A stretch of 64,000 nt of DNA. Origin: Candidatus Micrarchaeota archaeon. Its GTDB lineage: Archaea; Micrarchaeota; Micrarchaeia; Norongarragalinales; Norongarragalinaceae. The notes under the pieces were generated by a model that made no database searches, was not told the origin of the DNA, and worked only from the letters and a program-made list of their open reading frames with translations. Below are positions 1-10,100 of the stretch, piece by piece (the stretch's first letter is position 1; every line of letters begins with the position of its first letter). Location of the stretch: contig JACQQD010000008.1 in assembly GCA_016207165.1 (NCBI GenBank), positions 112,386 through 176,385 on the forward strand. The letters run 5' to 3'. The position numbers and the translations under genes were made by a program.

Positions 1-240
1 CGCCTGCTTCACGGTTTGGTCACGCATGTTTCGCAACAGGAGCAATGGCGGCGGGAAGACTTGACACAACTTTTGCGCCATCACCTCCACGACACGAATC
101 TCGCGCCACACATTCAAGAGATGAGCGTGCATCGGATGCTGCCGGTTCTGCACATGAACTGGCCCCAATCCCGTGCCTTGGCGCACGACTTGGCCCGATA
201 CTTGGTTTGGCTCGGGTTTAATGGCCCGCTTCCCCGGTGA
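1..240 (+). CDS. Hypothetical protein, 5'-truncated by window edge
   Basis: Frame is open from base 1 to a TGA at 238-240. No recognisable motif. Confidence 0.3.
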   Translation, partial: RLLHGLVTHVSQQEQWRREDLTQLLRHHLHDTNLAPHIQEMSVHRMLPVLHMNWPQSRALAHDLARYLVWLGFNGPLPR

Positions 241-246
241 TTTGTT

Positions 247-699
247 TTGGCCTCTCTTTTGACTTCCTTGAAAAAAGTCGTTTCCGCGTCCAAGAACGAT
301 CCGGTTCTGCGCCAGCGCCTCATCGCGCAAGCCATGTTGTTGGGCCAACTCAAGTACATCAAAAACAAGGTCTCGGCTCCGGCCAACGCGTGGCACGACG
401 CGGACGCCTTCGAGAAATTCATGTTTTCCGTTTTGAAGCCTTCCCGATTTGCCAAAGGCTGGACCCAGCGCATTCTGCACTCGTTTGTTTTGTCCATGGT
501 CTTGGCGCACGGCGACTCCAAGAAACTGCGGGCCAAAGCCGGCGCATTCTTGCAGAAGTTTGACAAGCGGTACCACAAGCTCTCCGCGTTTTTCGCGAAA
601 TCCCCAGGGTTCTTCGCCGCGTACCTTTCGGGGTTGAAGTTCCAGAAAGACGTTGTGACGGTTGGGTTGCTGCGGTGCCTCGCGACGCCGCGTCATTGA
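247..699 (+). CDS. Hypothetical protein (150 aa) whose last ~35 codons are the unit of the 3x direct repeat
   Basis: Intact ORF. The C-terminal FFAKSPGFFAAYLSGLKFQKDVVTVGLLRC segment is re-encoded in frame at 1633-1736 and 2710-2820. Confidence 0.45.
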   Translation: MASLLTSLKKVVSASKNDPVLRQRLIAQAMLLGQLKYIKNKVSAPANAWHDADAFEKFMFSVLKPSRFAKGWTQRILHSFVLSMVLAHGDSKKLRAKAGAFLQKFDKRYHKLSAFFAKSPGFFAAYLSGLKFQKDVVTVGLLRCLATPRH

Positions 700-700
700 C
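588..700 (+). repeat. Direct repeat copy A1 (~110 nt; 3' end of CDS 247..699)
   Basis: About 80-85% identical to 1633-1736 and 2710-2820. All three copies are in the same orientation. Confidence 0.8.
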
Positions 701-707
701 TCTTTGG

Positions 708-1229
708 CTATTCGTCTTTCAGGTGCTTTCGGCAAAGGTATTCCAATACACCGTCTTGCCAGCCCCGCGAATCAATCATTCTTAAAATCGCGTCATTGCC
801 TTGGTTTTTTGACCACGTGCCTTGCTTGACCAATTCCACGATCACGGCCGCACTAATCACGATGCGGATGCCCTCGGCTTGGGCCAAGCCGTCCAGTCTG
901 TAGCCGGCTTCCACGTCATCGCATACCAGCAGTGGAATTTTTTCCCGAATGCACAGTGTGAATGCGCTTGCTTCGCCCACGTCCACAAGTCCCGTCACCG
1001 ACGGCAAAACTCGGACGGGGGCCGCATCCATTTTTCCCGACTTGATTAAGGCGAGGATTTTTTTGGCTGCTTGACCGACTCGGTCGTCAAAACCAGCCAA
1101 TTCCTTGAGCTCGTCAACCACGGCCCTTGCAATCTTCCAGGAGACGATGGAAAACGAGGGTGTCAGAGCGCCAGCAAGTTCCAGGGAAACCAGGGCCGAA
1201 GTGTCCCCCGCCGCTGTTTTTAGTGCCAT
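708..1229 (-). CDS. PIN-like nuclease (DUF3368-type), putative toxin
   Basis: 173 aa. PIN-like acidic residue pattern. Lies immediately downstream of the RHH/UPF0175-like gene with a 6 nt gap. Confidence 0.5.
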   Translation of the reverse strand: MALKTAAGDTSALVSLELAGALTPSFSIVSWKIARAVVDELKELAGFDDRVGQAAKKILALIKSGKMDAAPVRVLPSVTGLVDVGEASAFTLCIREKIPLLVCDDVEAGYRLDGLAQAEGIRIVISAAVIVELVKQGTWSKNQGNDAILRMIDSRGWQDGVLEYLCRKHLKDE

Positions 1230-1235
1230 GCCGGT

Positions 1236-1547
1236 TTATCCCAAGCCTTGTTCAAACGACTTTTTGGCCGTGGAAACGAAAAAGGCGACTTTACGAGCTT
1301 CCTCGTATCCCAGCACTCGCACCAAGTCGTCAAAGAGGATTTGGCCTTCCGCAAATTTTTTCGCAACGATTTTCTTCATTTCGTTCAGCGACTGCTCCCG
1401 CGCGTAATATTCTTCGACGGCTTTCCGTACGATGGCCGAACGAACCTGCCGTTTGCCTTTGGCCAATATCTCGAGTTTCTTCTCCGTTTCAGGCTCCACG
1501 CGAACGTGAATGACGGATTCATGCGCCACGGCAACCCACCTCCACAT
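1236..1547 (-). CDS. RHH/UPF0175-like antitoxin
   Basis: 103 aa. N-terminal ribbon-helix-helix-like segment VRVEPETEKKLEILAKGKRQVRSAIVRKAVEEYY. Paired with the downstream PIN gene. Confidence 0.5.
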   Translation of the reverse strand: MWRWVAVAHESVIHVRVEPETEKKLEILAKGKRQVRSAIVRKAVEEYYAREQSLNEMKKIVAKKFAEGQILFDDLVRVLGYEEARKVAFFVSTAKKSFEQGLG

Positions 1548-1632
1548 CCAATGTAATACTTTGTATCACATATTAATGTTTCGGCGAATTGTCCATCCGA
1601 AAAAGGGCTGACAAGCCACGGCTGGCTTGCCT

Positions 1633-1736
1633 CGTTTTTCGCCAAGTCCCCGGAGTTTTTCGCCGCGTACTTGACGGGGTTGAAGTTCAAGAAAGACGCC
1701 GTCACGGCCGGGTTGCTGCGGTGCGTGGCCCGTTGA
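1633..1736 (+). repeat. Direct repeat copy A2
   Basis: Re-encodes FAKSPEFFAAYLTGLKFKKDAVTAGLLRCVAR-stop in frame. It is a duplicate of the 3' end of CDS 247..699. Confidence 0.8.
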
Positions 1737-1866
1737 TTTCCGTCGGCGTCAAGTACCTGTTGGCAATTGCTTTTCGGTTGCTTTGCAGAGGCTTGGAAAA
1801 CGGCTTAGTCTTTTCTTCGATCTGTTTTTGCCGTGGTTGCACTGCCAACGCGGTTTGTTTCTTTCC

Positions 1867-2169
1867 CTACTTTCCTTTGAGTAGCCGGGCGAGCGTTTTT
1901 TCCTCCTCGTCGTCCTCTCCGTAAAGCGCTTCGTCAACGCCCGTGTTTCTGAGGGCTTCCAGGACTTGGCGCGTGGAGACGTTGAGGCTCTCCGCAATTT
2001 TTCGAATCGAGTATCCTTTTTTCCGGAGGTCAGCCACGGTTTCATCCAGGAGCGCCTTGAGGAGGTATTGGCGGGCCACATCCACGCGTTTGAGGTAGTT
2101 TTGCTTGGCTTTGGCGTCCAGCACGTCCACGGCTTCCTTGGGCAAGCCCAAGTGAATGTATTTTGTCAT
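1867..2169 (-). CDS. HTH antitoxin-like protein (UPF0175-like)
   Basis: Internal Met start MTKYIHLGLPKEAVDVL. HTH-like segment GYSIRKIAESLNVSTRQVLEAL. Overlaps the upstream PIN gene by 4 nt. Confidence 0.45.
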   Translation of the reverse strand: MTKYIHLGLPKEAVDVLDAKAKQNYLKRVDVARQYLLKALLDETVADLRKKGYSIRKIAESLNVSTRQVLEALRNTGVDEALYGEDDEEEKTLARLLKGK

Positions 2170-2642
2170 GATTTGATTCCCTCCAAGTTCTTCAACGCGG
2201 TTTCGACTTTTTTTGTCCTCGGGTACGTGACGGAAAGTTTTTCCAGCCACGCAACCGCCGTCCGTCGTTCCACCACATCTTTTTTCGCCAGAAATTCGAT
2301 GAATGCCGGCGTGGAAAGAACGGCGATGTGCCGATTTCTTGCCGCCGCCATCAAAAGCCCGTCGTCGGTGACCAGAACGCATTCCCGTTTGCGTTGCGTG
2401 CACGTTTCCAGGAGGCTTGCATCGACGGGCGAGAGGTTGCGAAACGCGGAATCCGTCTTGGCGGCTTTGCTTTCAAGGATGGCCACGCATTCCGCCATCC
2501 TGACGCTTTTGATTTCGTCTTTCAGGTTGTGTCGCGCCTCGTCCAATACCGCCTGGATGCTGGCGGGGCGGACGATTCCCAGTGCCTGGACGTCAATTTC
2601 GGCCATGAACGTGAGGAACGTTGCATCCGCAACGTACAACAT
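2166..2642 (-). CDS. PIN domain protein, putative toxin
   Basis: 158 aa. Conserved Asp pattern (ATFLTF..D; VLVTDDG). Translationally coupled with the downstream HTH protein. Confidence 0.55.
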   Translation of the reverse strand: MLYVADATFLTFMAEIDVQALGIVRPASIQAVLDEARHNLKDEIKSVRMAECVAILESKAAKTDSAFRNLSPVDASLLETCTQRKRECVLVTDDGLLMAAARNRHIAVLSTPAFIEFLAKKDVVERRTAVAWLEKLSVTYPRTKKVETALKNLEGIKS

Positions 2643-2709
2643 GGCATTTTATTACAATTTGTAATTCTTAACCTTTTTGGTTTCCGGTCCTATTACTCCG
2701 TTGCGGATT

Positions 2710-2820
2710 CTTTTGTTCGCCAAGTCCCCGGAGTTCTTCGCCGCGTACCTTTCGGGATTGAAGTTCCAGAAGGACACCGTCACAACCGGGCTTCTGCGTT
2801 GCTTGGCTGTGGCCCGATAG
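2710..2820 (+). repeat. Direct repeat copy A3
   Basis: Re-encodes FAKSPEFFAAYLSGLKFQKDTVTTGLLRCLAVAR-stop. Third copy of the CDS 247..699 3' end. Confidence 0.8.
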
Positions 2821-2913
2821 TTTTCAAGCGTTTTTCTTTGGCTTTTTGTTGCTACTGCGGGGTGTACTCGCGGCCCGCAGTGTTTAAATAACCGGCTTGT
2901 TCTACTAAGAGTC

Positions 2914-4350
2914 ATGGCTTTCAGGGGTCTTTCCCGGCTTCACTGGGTCGTCTTGGCCATTGTTTTCGTTGCTGGCGCCTTATGGTATCTTTCTTCCACT
3001 TCTTCCGCTCCGGTCCGCGATTTAGGCGGTTCTGCCTCTCCAACCCCTTTGGCTGTTTCCGACCAGACGCTTTCCGGAACCCCAACGCGCATTTCGTATG
3101 AGGGTTCCACGGTTTCGCTTGAACGACACGTTTCCGAGGACGGCAAGACGCATACGTCGGTAGTTGAGAATTTGGGTGAGTCCACGGTGAGCGTGGGCAT
3201 CATCACGGTTGTTCCCAAGTCGCTGGCTTCCTCGGCTTCGCAACTGGGGCTTTCAAAAGATGTCGACGTTCTGGAGGACGACCCCATCGTTCTTCGCCTC
3301 GTTGACTTGGGTTCCGGTCAGAACGCGGCTCACAGCATTGTTTTGAAGTCAACGGCTGGACGTGACCGGGGCGTGTACCACATTTTTGTTTTGAATGCTA
3401 AGATGTGGTTGAACCAGTACACGGAGCAATTCGCGGAATTGGTGCAATTGCTGAAGACCTTGCCGGACAACGTTTCCAACGATGAGGCGAACCAGGTTTC
3501 GGATGCCTTCAGCCGTATTCTGAACGGAGACGGTGATCCCGCAGCCCGCATTGTTTCTGCGAAAGAGTACTTGGCGTCCAAGTCCACCGGCGCTGTCACG
3601 TTTGCGGTGGACGAGGACCAGCCGTTCGGCGACGTCCAAATGCAATTGTCTATTGACAACCCCGTTTCCTTGTATGCTTTGCCTTTGTCCAATGAGTTCA
3701 CCTCGGTGCTGGGTTTGGGTACGCACTTGGGCGTCCGCCAGGGTTATGCTCACGTGCAAGGCCAAGATTCCGCTTTCGGCGGTCTTGAACCTTCCTATTT
3801 GCAGGACTACGTCAAGTTGGTTCAGACTAAGGACGGCGGTTATGCGTTGTTGGCGGACTTGCAGGCTCCGGCGCGCCAATCCCTGCCGGAATTCTCGGTT
3901 TCCGGACGCGCGGAACTGTTCTTCTCTGGCCGGCCCAACACGGCTATTTTGGTTCCCATTCGCGTGGACTTGCTGCCGGCCGAGCACTTCGGCGACTCCA
4001 GCCTAGACACGCCATTTGACTTGATTGCGTACGATTGCGGCGACTTGCAAAACGAGTTGGGCATTGCGGAACACGCGCTTTTGACCAAGGCCGCGCAGGT
4101 GGACGAAGTCAACGACCAACTGCTTTCAGGAGACCAAGTCACGCTGGTTAGTTCCTTGCGCGTGAACTTGGAGCGTTTTGACGGCTTTCCCGAGGAATGC
4201 CAAGGCTTGCCGGAGATTTTTGAAGGAATTCCGTTCAAGGCCAGAAAAATCAACGTGGTGACTTACTCTTACAAGGAGGGCGAGGCCACGTGGGAGTTGG
4301 TGGAAGAAGAACCACCTACTTTTCGGGAAATCGAGGTTTCGGATTCATGA
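2914..4350 (+). CDS. N-terminally membrane-anchored or secreted surface protein, paralog of 5429..7189
   Basis: 478 aa. N-terminal TM helix (VVLAIVFVAGALWYL). Juxtamembrane PVRDLGGSASP and LEDDPIVL motifs are shared with the 586-aa paralog. Confidence 0.55.
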   Translation: MAFRGLSRLHWVVLAIVFVAGALWYLSSTSSAPVRDLGGSASPTPLAVSDQTLSGTPTRISYEGSTVSLERHVSEDGKTHTSVVENLGESTVSVGIITVVPKSLASSASQLGLSKDVDVLEDDPIVLRLVDLGSGQNAAHSIVLKSTAGRDRGVYHIFVLNAKMWLNQYTEQFAELVQLLKTLPDNVSNDEANQVSDAFSRILNGDGDPAARIVSAKEYLASKSTGAVTFAVDEDQPFGDVQMQLSIDNPVSLYALPLSNEFTSVLGLGTHLGVRQGYAHVQGQDSAFGGLEPSYLQDYVKLVQTKDGGYALLADLQAPARQSLPEFSVSGRAELFFSGRPNTAILVPIRVDLLPAEHFGDSSLDTPFDLIAYDCGDLQNELGIAEHALLTKAAQVDEVNDQLLSGDQVTLVSSLRVNLERFDGFPEECQGLPEIFEGIPFKARKINVVTYSYKEGEATWELVEEEPPTFREIEVSDS

Positions 4351-4378
4351 GTATCTTTTGTAACGAGGGGTTTGGAGG

Positions 4379-5272
4379 TTGTCGGGTATGACTTGGAAAA
4401 CGTTTGGAGTATTGGGTTTGGCTGCCGCACTTTTCTTGACGTTGGGAGCCTTTGTCGTAGGCGCGCCGGGAGGGACGCCCGCGGGCGGTCCTGCGACTCC
4501 GAAAATTATCTACTGTGCGTACAAAAGCCAGTCTTGGCTTCTTGACTCCTCTTTGTTGCAGAAGTATCCAGACGCCTGGTTGGTGGCGAACAACTACATT
4601 CGCTATCTGATGAAAGAAGGTGTCATTGCCGACGGTTCGGTGGGCACTTCGACGTCCGGCGGCGTGTACCATAAGGCTGATTACAACCCGGCTTTTGAAA
4701 ACCTGTATATTGATTTGTGTTACCGTTCGGGCGTGACTCAAAATAAACTTAGCCTTATTTCCAGTGAGGAATATGCTGAGCGGGCTTTGGCTGACTTGAA
4801 GTCCTTTGCCAAGTCGAACGTTCGGTCGCAAGCGCTTGATGACGCTTTGACGGATTTCCGCGTATGGGTCAACGATAATTTGGGAAAGGCCAAGACCAAA
4901 GTGGTTCGGGGGGCGCGGGATTTCTGGAATGATTGGTTGGATGCCCAAAAGCGGCTTGCCACTGAGACGAACGAGCAGGCTAAGCGCGTGTTGACCTTGG
5001 CTGTCCAAGTCAATAAAGAAATTGGTGCCAACGAGATGCTGTCTGATAAAGAACAAACCGAAAAGAAGACGCGTGTTGTCGTTATTACCGGTTTGATGAC
5101 TGAACTTATTAAGAGCAACCCAGGCATCACGGCTTCAGTAAAGGGCAAGTCGGACAAAGAAATCAAGGACATTTTCTACCGATATTTGCGGGATGAATCG
5201 GCCCCGGTAGATTCTGAAACCGTAAAGTCGCAGTTGCTCGCCCGTCTTACGGGCGGCCTAGTAGCGACTTAG
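4379..5272 (+). CDS. Hypothetical exported/membrane protein
   Basis: 297 aa. N-terminal hydrophobic segment (FGVLGLAAALFLTLGAFVVGA). Same operon and strand as its neighbours. Confidence 0.45.
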   Translation: MSGMTWKTFGVLGLAAALFLTLGAFVVGAPGGTPAGGPATPKIIYCAYKSQSWLLDSSLLQKYPDAWLVANNYIRYLMKEGVIADGSVGTSTSGGVYHKADYNPAFENLYIDLCYRSGVTQNKLSLISSEEYAERALADLKSFAKSNVRSQALDDALTDFRVWVNDNLGKAKTKVVRGARDFWNDWLDAQKRLATETNEQAKRVLTLAVQVNKEIGANEMLSDKEQTEKKTRVVVITGLMTELIKSNPGITASVKGKSDKEIKDIFYRYLRDESAPVDSETVKSQLLARLTGGLVAT

Positions 5273-5428
5273 CCTTTTCTTTCTTTTTTTCTTTTTCCTT
5301 CTTTTTCTGATTGGGTGCGAGCGTAGGCTTTGACTGGTTTCGGTTTGGGGGTTTGAACGGCAGTGGGGGGCGGGAATGCTTGCCGCGTTTGGAACTGTTT
5401 TTATTCAGGTTGCGCCTACTTTTAGCAC

Positions 5429-7189
5429 ATGTCGGACGCCTCTTTTTCGGTTGCATCGGACGGCGAAAAACCGTCGTTGCCGTTAATTGGTTTGGCGGTG
5501 TTGGTGGTGTTGGCTGGCGCCGTAATCTTTTTGTCGCAAAATTCCACCACCCCGTTTCGTGACTTGGGTTCTCCGGCGCCCCCGCAAGCCGCTTCGGTTT
5601 CTGGCGTTGTTTCTTCCACGGAGTCTTTTTCGCTTTCCGGTGCCCAAGTCCGAGTCGATTCCGAGGTCTTCGTGGTTGGCGAACGCATGACGGAAAAAGT
5701 GGCTCTTGAAAGTTCCAGTGCTTGGACGGGTTACTTCGTGGAAGTGATTCCCAAAGAGTTTGCGGCTTCGGCTTCAAAATTGGATTTGAATGGATATTCG
5801 GACGTCCAAGTTCTGGAGGATGACCCCGTGATTGCCGTTCCCATCGTGCTTTCGCCTGGTAGCCCGGTTTCGTTGTCGAAAACCGGTTCCAGCACCAATC
5901 TCCGCTTGCTTCACTTCCTGGTTTCGGACGACGCGCTGTCGTCGGATGCGTCCGAGCGGAAAGAACAGCTCAGGCAAATTGCGGCGGCGTTTGGCGCGTT
6001 GGACTTCGAGCAGTTGCTGGTGTTCACCGGAAGTGACATTGAGGCGTTTCAAGGGGATGTTTCGGGTTTGTTGAGCGATTCGTCGAAGACTTTTCCGGAG
6101 CGCGTGGCCGCGTTGAAAGGGAAAGTCTCGGCGCAGACGTCGTCGGAGAACGTGGAAGCTGCTTTGAAGAGAAGCGAGAACAAGATTTACTTGGAACTCA
6201 ATCCGTATGCGCCTTCTTCGACGTACCGGTTGCCCGTGGTTTCGACGCGAGGCTCTGTCGAATTGACCCGCAATGCGTTTGCGCCTTTGTTGAAAGTGTC
6301 TGGGTTGGACGTGCCCCGGCTTGAGACGAACGTCGGTTTTTCCCAAAGCGTTGAGACCGATCCGTGGCTTGTCGAGGTGGCCGTCGACGCGTCTCGGGTT
6401 GAAACTTCAGGGGGCAAACTGGTTCTGGACGGCGAGCCATTGATCAACGCATTGGGGTCTTTGGATGTGCAATTCACCCAGGAATTGGACGTCAAGCAAA
6501 GCATTCCGTTTTTGGTTGAGTTCACGCAGCCGCCGGTTGCCGATTACTTGGCGTTTTATGTTCCCGCCATTTATTACGGGTCCACTGACGTGCCCTTCTT
6601 GATGAGAAACGACGCATCCATGGATTTCCAAGTCAGCGTGTGCGGTCAAGAACAAATTTTGTCTGCTGAAACTTGGCAAGTTCTTTACGTGTCTCCGGAA
6701 AAAATCGACGACTGCCAAATCACGCAGGGAACGGAAACCCTGGTCTTGGGCGGAAAGACGGGGTTGACGGCGATGCCGGTTCGCGTGGATTTGTCCAAAG
6801 AGGATTATTCGCCGGATGTCAAGGCGGCTTTGTCTGGGAATGGATACTTGTTCCACCGGTATGCCGTGCCGCTTTCCGAGTCGCCGTCGGATTACTGCTC
6901 CAACCGCTTGTGTACCTGCGATGCGGCCGTTGAATCGACCAAGAATTTGGTTCTTCGGGCAACGGAATTGAACCGCCTTTACCAGGCAACGCATGCTTCG
7001 ACTTTGGTGCTTTTGGATTCGACGGAAGCCGGTTGTGAATACGAATTTTCGGAGGATGGGCGACTTTCGCTTGAACCCGGTCTAAATGTCGTCCAAGCCA
7101 CTTTTTCCGAATCCAATGCGCACGACCAGCCATTCACCGTCGTGGTTTCAACTGAAAAAATAAAGGGCGGGTTCTTCGGGGCGGACTAA
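5429..7189 (+). CDS. N-terminally membrane-anchored surface protein, paralog of 2914..4350
   Basis: 586 aa. TM helix (LIGLAVLVVLAGAVIFL) followed by TPFRDLGSPAPP and VLEDDPVIAVPIV motifs matching the 478-aa protein. Confidence 0.55.
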   Translation: MSDASFSVASDGEKPSLPLIGLAVLVVLAGAVIFLSQNSTTPFRDLGSPAPPQAASVSGVVSSTESFSLSGAQVRVDSEVFVVGERMTEKVALESSSAWTGYFVEVIPKEFAASASKLDLNGYSDVQVLEDDPVIAVPIVLSPGSPVSLSKTGSSTNLRLLHFLVSDDALSSDASERKEQLRQIAAAFGALDFEQLLVFTGSDIEAFQGDVSGLLSDSSKTFPERVAALKGKVSAQTSSENVEAALKRSENKIYLELNPYAPSSTYRLPVVSTRGSVELTRNAFAPLLKVSGLDVPRLETNVGFSQSVETDPWLVEVAVDASRVETSGGKLVLDGEPLINALGSLDVQFTQELDVKQSIPFLVEFTQPPVADYLAFYVPAIYYGSTDVPFLMRNDASMDFQVSVCGQEQILSAETWQVLYVSPEKIDDCQITQGTETLVLGGKTGLTAMPVRVDLSKEDYSPDVKAALSGNGYLFHRYAVPLSESPSDYCSNRLCTCDAAVESTKNLVLRATELNRLYQATHASTLVLLDSTEAGCEYEFSEDGRLSLEPGLNVVQATFSESNAHDQPFTVVVSTEKIKGGFFGAD

Positions 7190-7192
7190 TCC

Positions 7193-10100
7193 ATGCGTTT
7201 TTTTGTCTTCATTGTTTTCCTGGTGTTGGCGGGTTTGGCTTCATCCGCCGCCTTTGACTTGGCCAACCAACCCAAAGTCAGCGTATACATCGGCTCGGAT
7301 GCGTCCGTTCCCCATGCTTCCGGCGGGGCTTCGTACGCGTTTCGTTTGGCCGGCCCCGCCGTGGTCGGACCCAAGGGGATTGAGGCCAAAATCCAGGCCA
7401 CGCGTTCCGGCCAAGCCGAGTGTCCCGGTACAATCAAGGTCAACACGCAGGAGCAATACGCGTGCAACACGGTGTGCATTCGGTTGATTGGCTACCGGAC
7501 GCAAGCCGCCATTGATGCGGACAGCGCTTCCGGTCAACAACCTCTTTCCCAAGAGGACGCCATCGGCGAGCACGCTTTCATGCAAATAGGTTTGAAGTCA
7601 TCGGATGGCTCGTGTAATGTCGCGCCGACGGCCGCGGATGTCCAGGCCCTCGCGCAATCGTCGTCGAAAATGACTCCTGAAGAGCAGGCCCGCGCAAGCC
7701 AATCCATTTCCGGCGGCTATCACCGCTTCCTGAAAGACGTTTCAATCGATGTGGCGTTGCTGGCTGGCATCCGCTTCAAGCGGGCGACGCCGCAATACTT
7801 GGAGCACCCCCGTGAATTGACGGACTTGATGGCCAGCTTACACAAAGTGGAATACCTCGTCTTTCATGCCCCGACGTTTTTGGGCGTCCGCGATACCGTG
7901 GAACAATCCCAACTCGCGATTCGCGCGAATTCCGTGGAGTTGGCGTCAAGCGCCATTGCCTCCTGCGGCGCTCATCCCGCCTTTTTGGAGGAGTTTTCCG
8001 TGAATGGTTATGGGCCCAGTTCACTGTTTTCCGTTGGCCCCTCCGATGAATGGATTCGCTCGTCGTACAAGACGGCGGCTTCCTTGGATGAAGCCAAACA
8101 ATTTCTTTCCTGCATCGGGCAAATCAAGGGCGAAAAGGGGTACTTCTTTTTCGACCGGAAAATTGACCCCAAGACCATCACGCGCGCCTTGGAGGATCCA
8201 GGGTACACGTTTTTGACGGAGTACGACAAGTCCCGCCGGCAGGAAGGCAACCTGGATGTGACGCAAGCGGACCGCGTGGTTTTCGCCTACGAATTTGGCA
8301 AGTACCTGTATACGCAGAAAGAGGACGCCGACGCCATCAACGTGCTTTCCGCCGCGATTCTGGAAGCCGAGCGGTTGCGCATTCCCAACGTGGTTCACCC
8401 TCAAAGCGGTTTGGGACTCCAGAAAGACGCGTTTGACACCATCAACGCCGTTTTGGCGCGGCAGGGCCGGGAACCCATGGCGACGCTGGGCGGTTGCCTC
8501 AACGGCTTCTTGAATCCGCTTATCATCCTAAAACCTCTTCAGTTGCTCAAGATAGGTGCCAAGACCGGCGCCGTCATGTCTGCGGGCGGCCGCGTCATCC
8601 ACTTGGGCTTTGCTTTACAAGGCGGTCAGCAACTCATTGGCGCGGCCCAAACCGCGCAGGAGTCGGCTTTGGACTCCACCATTTCGGGTGTGTGCGGGAC
8701 GGTCATGTTTTTTGGCGGCCTGAAAGCGGGTCTGACGCGAGCCCCCGCGGCGTCTACGGAAATGGTTCGAACGCCTGAGACAGGCAAATGGGTGTCGCGT
8801 CCGGTCATTGGAGGCTCCAAGGCGGCGTCGGCGCGTGCCTTGGTCTTGAACAAGGAATTGGCGGATACCCCGGTTGAGTTGGTTGTACAACGCTTCACCA
8901 AGTTTTCAAGCCAGCTTAAACCCGGTGAATCCGCTGGAGAGTTTTTTGTGCGGTTGACGGTGAAAGGCAAAGAATTGACTATTCGCGTCACGCCCGAAAA
9001 CCATCGAGCCGTTTTGGCGGACGTGTTGCACATAAAGGCGACGCTGGCCATGGAAAAAGCAGACGCCGCCCAGTTTTCTCCCAGTTCCATCAAGGAGTTC
9101 CAGCAGGCGCTCTCGGAATTGTCGAAAGTGGATTCGGAGAAGGCATCATTCTACAACGAGTTCAATTTCCAGTTGAATGAACTGCTGAACGCCAAATCGA
9201 AGGAGGCCAAGCAGTCCATCCAGGAAAAACTCATCGGTTTGGTCTTCCAGCTATCCAAGCCTGAAAATAATCCCGCCAAGCAGCGCATCACGTTCTTGCA
9301 AGCGTTGCCTTCCGGCAAAGCCCAGACTCTGGATGGCTTGACCCCTGCCCAACCCCCTGGAACCGCTCAGCCCAGCGATCGCCGGACCCTCACGGAGCGC
9401 TTGCAAGCCGCGACGGAACTCTTCAAGAAGGCGAAAGAAAAGTTCGGCCGCAGCCTTTCGCGCGTGAAACAGTTCTTTTCGTTCAAGGACGGCCGGAGGA
9501 TTGAAGTTCCGGAAGAGGCGTCCAGCCAAATCGCGGACGCCCACGTGGCGGCGTCGGCGACCGGCGAAGCCCAACAAGTCGTTGTTGAGGTTTTGGTGAA
9601 CGGAAAGAAGCAGAACATGCCGGTGTTTGTTCGCCCTGGCGGAAAATTTTTGTCGATTGAGGAAATCAAGCAAGTGGCCAAAGACGGGAAAACCACGATT
9701 GCGGGAGTAGTTCGACTCGGGGAATTGGTCGTTTTTGATACCCGCCCCCAGAACCTGCGCTTTTTGCAAACTATTCGCCTCAATGACCTGCTTTCCGACT
9801 CCAGGCCCCTGCCTGCTCTTCGTGAATCGGTTACGGCGTTGGCGGATGCCGAAACCCTGTCAACTGATCCTTCAAGCGCCGGCAAGTCAACTCGTCCAGG
9901 TGACGCCGTCCAATTGCCTGAAACCCGCTGGAAGGATGCGTTGACGCGTCTGGGGTTAAGGCGAAATGGAAAATATGATGCCTACTACTTGGTTGAAGGT
10001 GCGGCGTTGCGGAATGGGGTTCCCCTCCGTTTCGAAGTGACTGGATCCGACAACCACGTCGGTTTTCTGGTTTTGAAAATCATCCGGAACAAAATTCCGG

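Larger units (their letters stand above)
588..2820. mobile_element. Array of two TA cassettes bounded by three direct repeats. Putative tandem site-specific integrations into the 3' end of a protein gene; no integrase present.
   Basis: Three same-orientation ~110 nt repeats at ~1 kb spacing. Each interval carries one PIN+antitoxin pair. Confidence 0.4.

Noticed and set aside
588-2820. Classifying the repeat-bounded TA array as a bona fide integron
   Set aside because: No IntI-like integrase or attI is present. The repeats are too similar in primary sequence and derive from a coding 3' end. The arrangement is only integron-like in its organisation.
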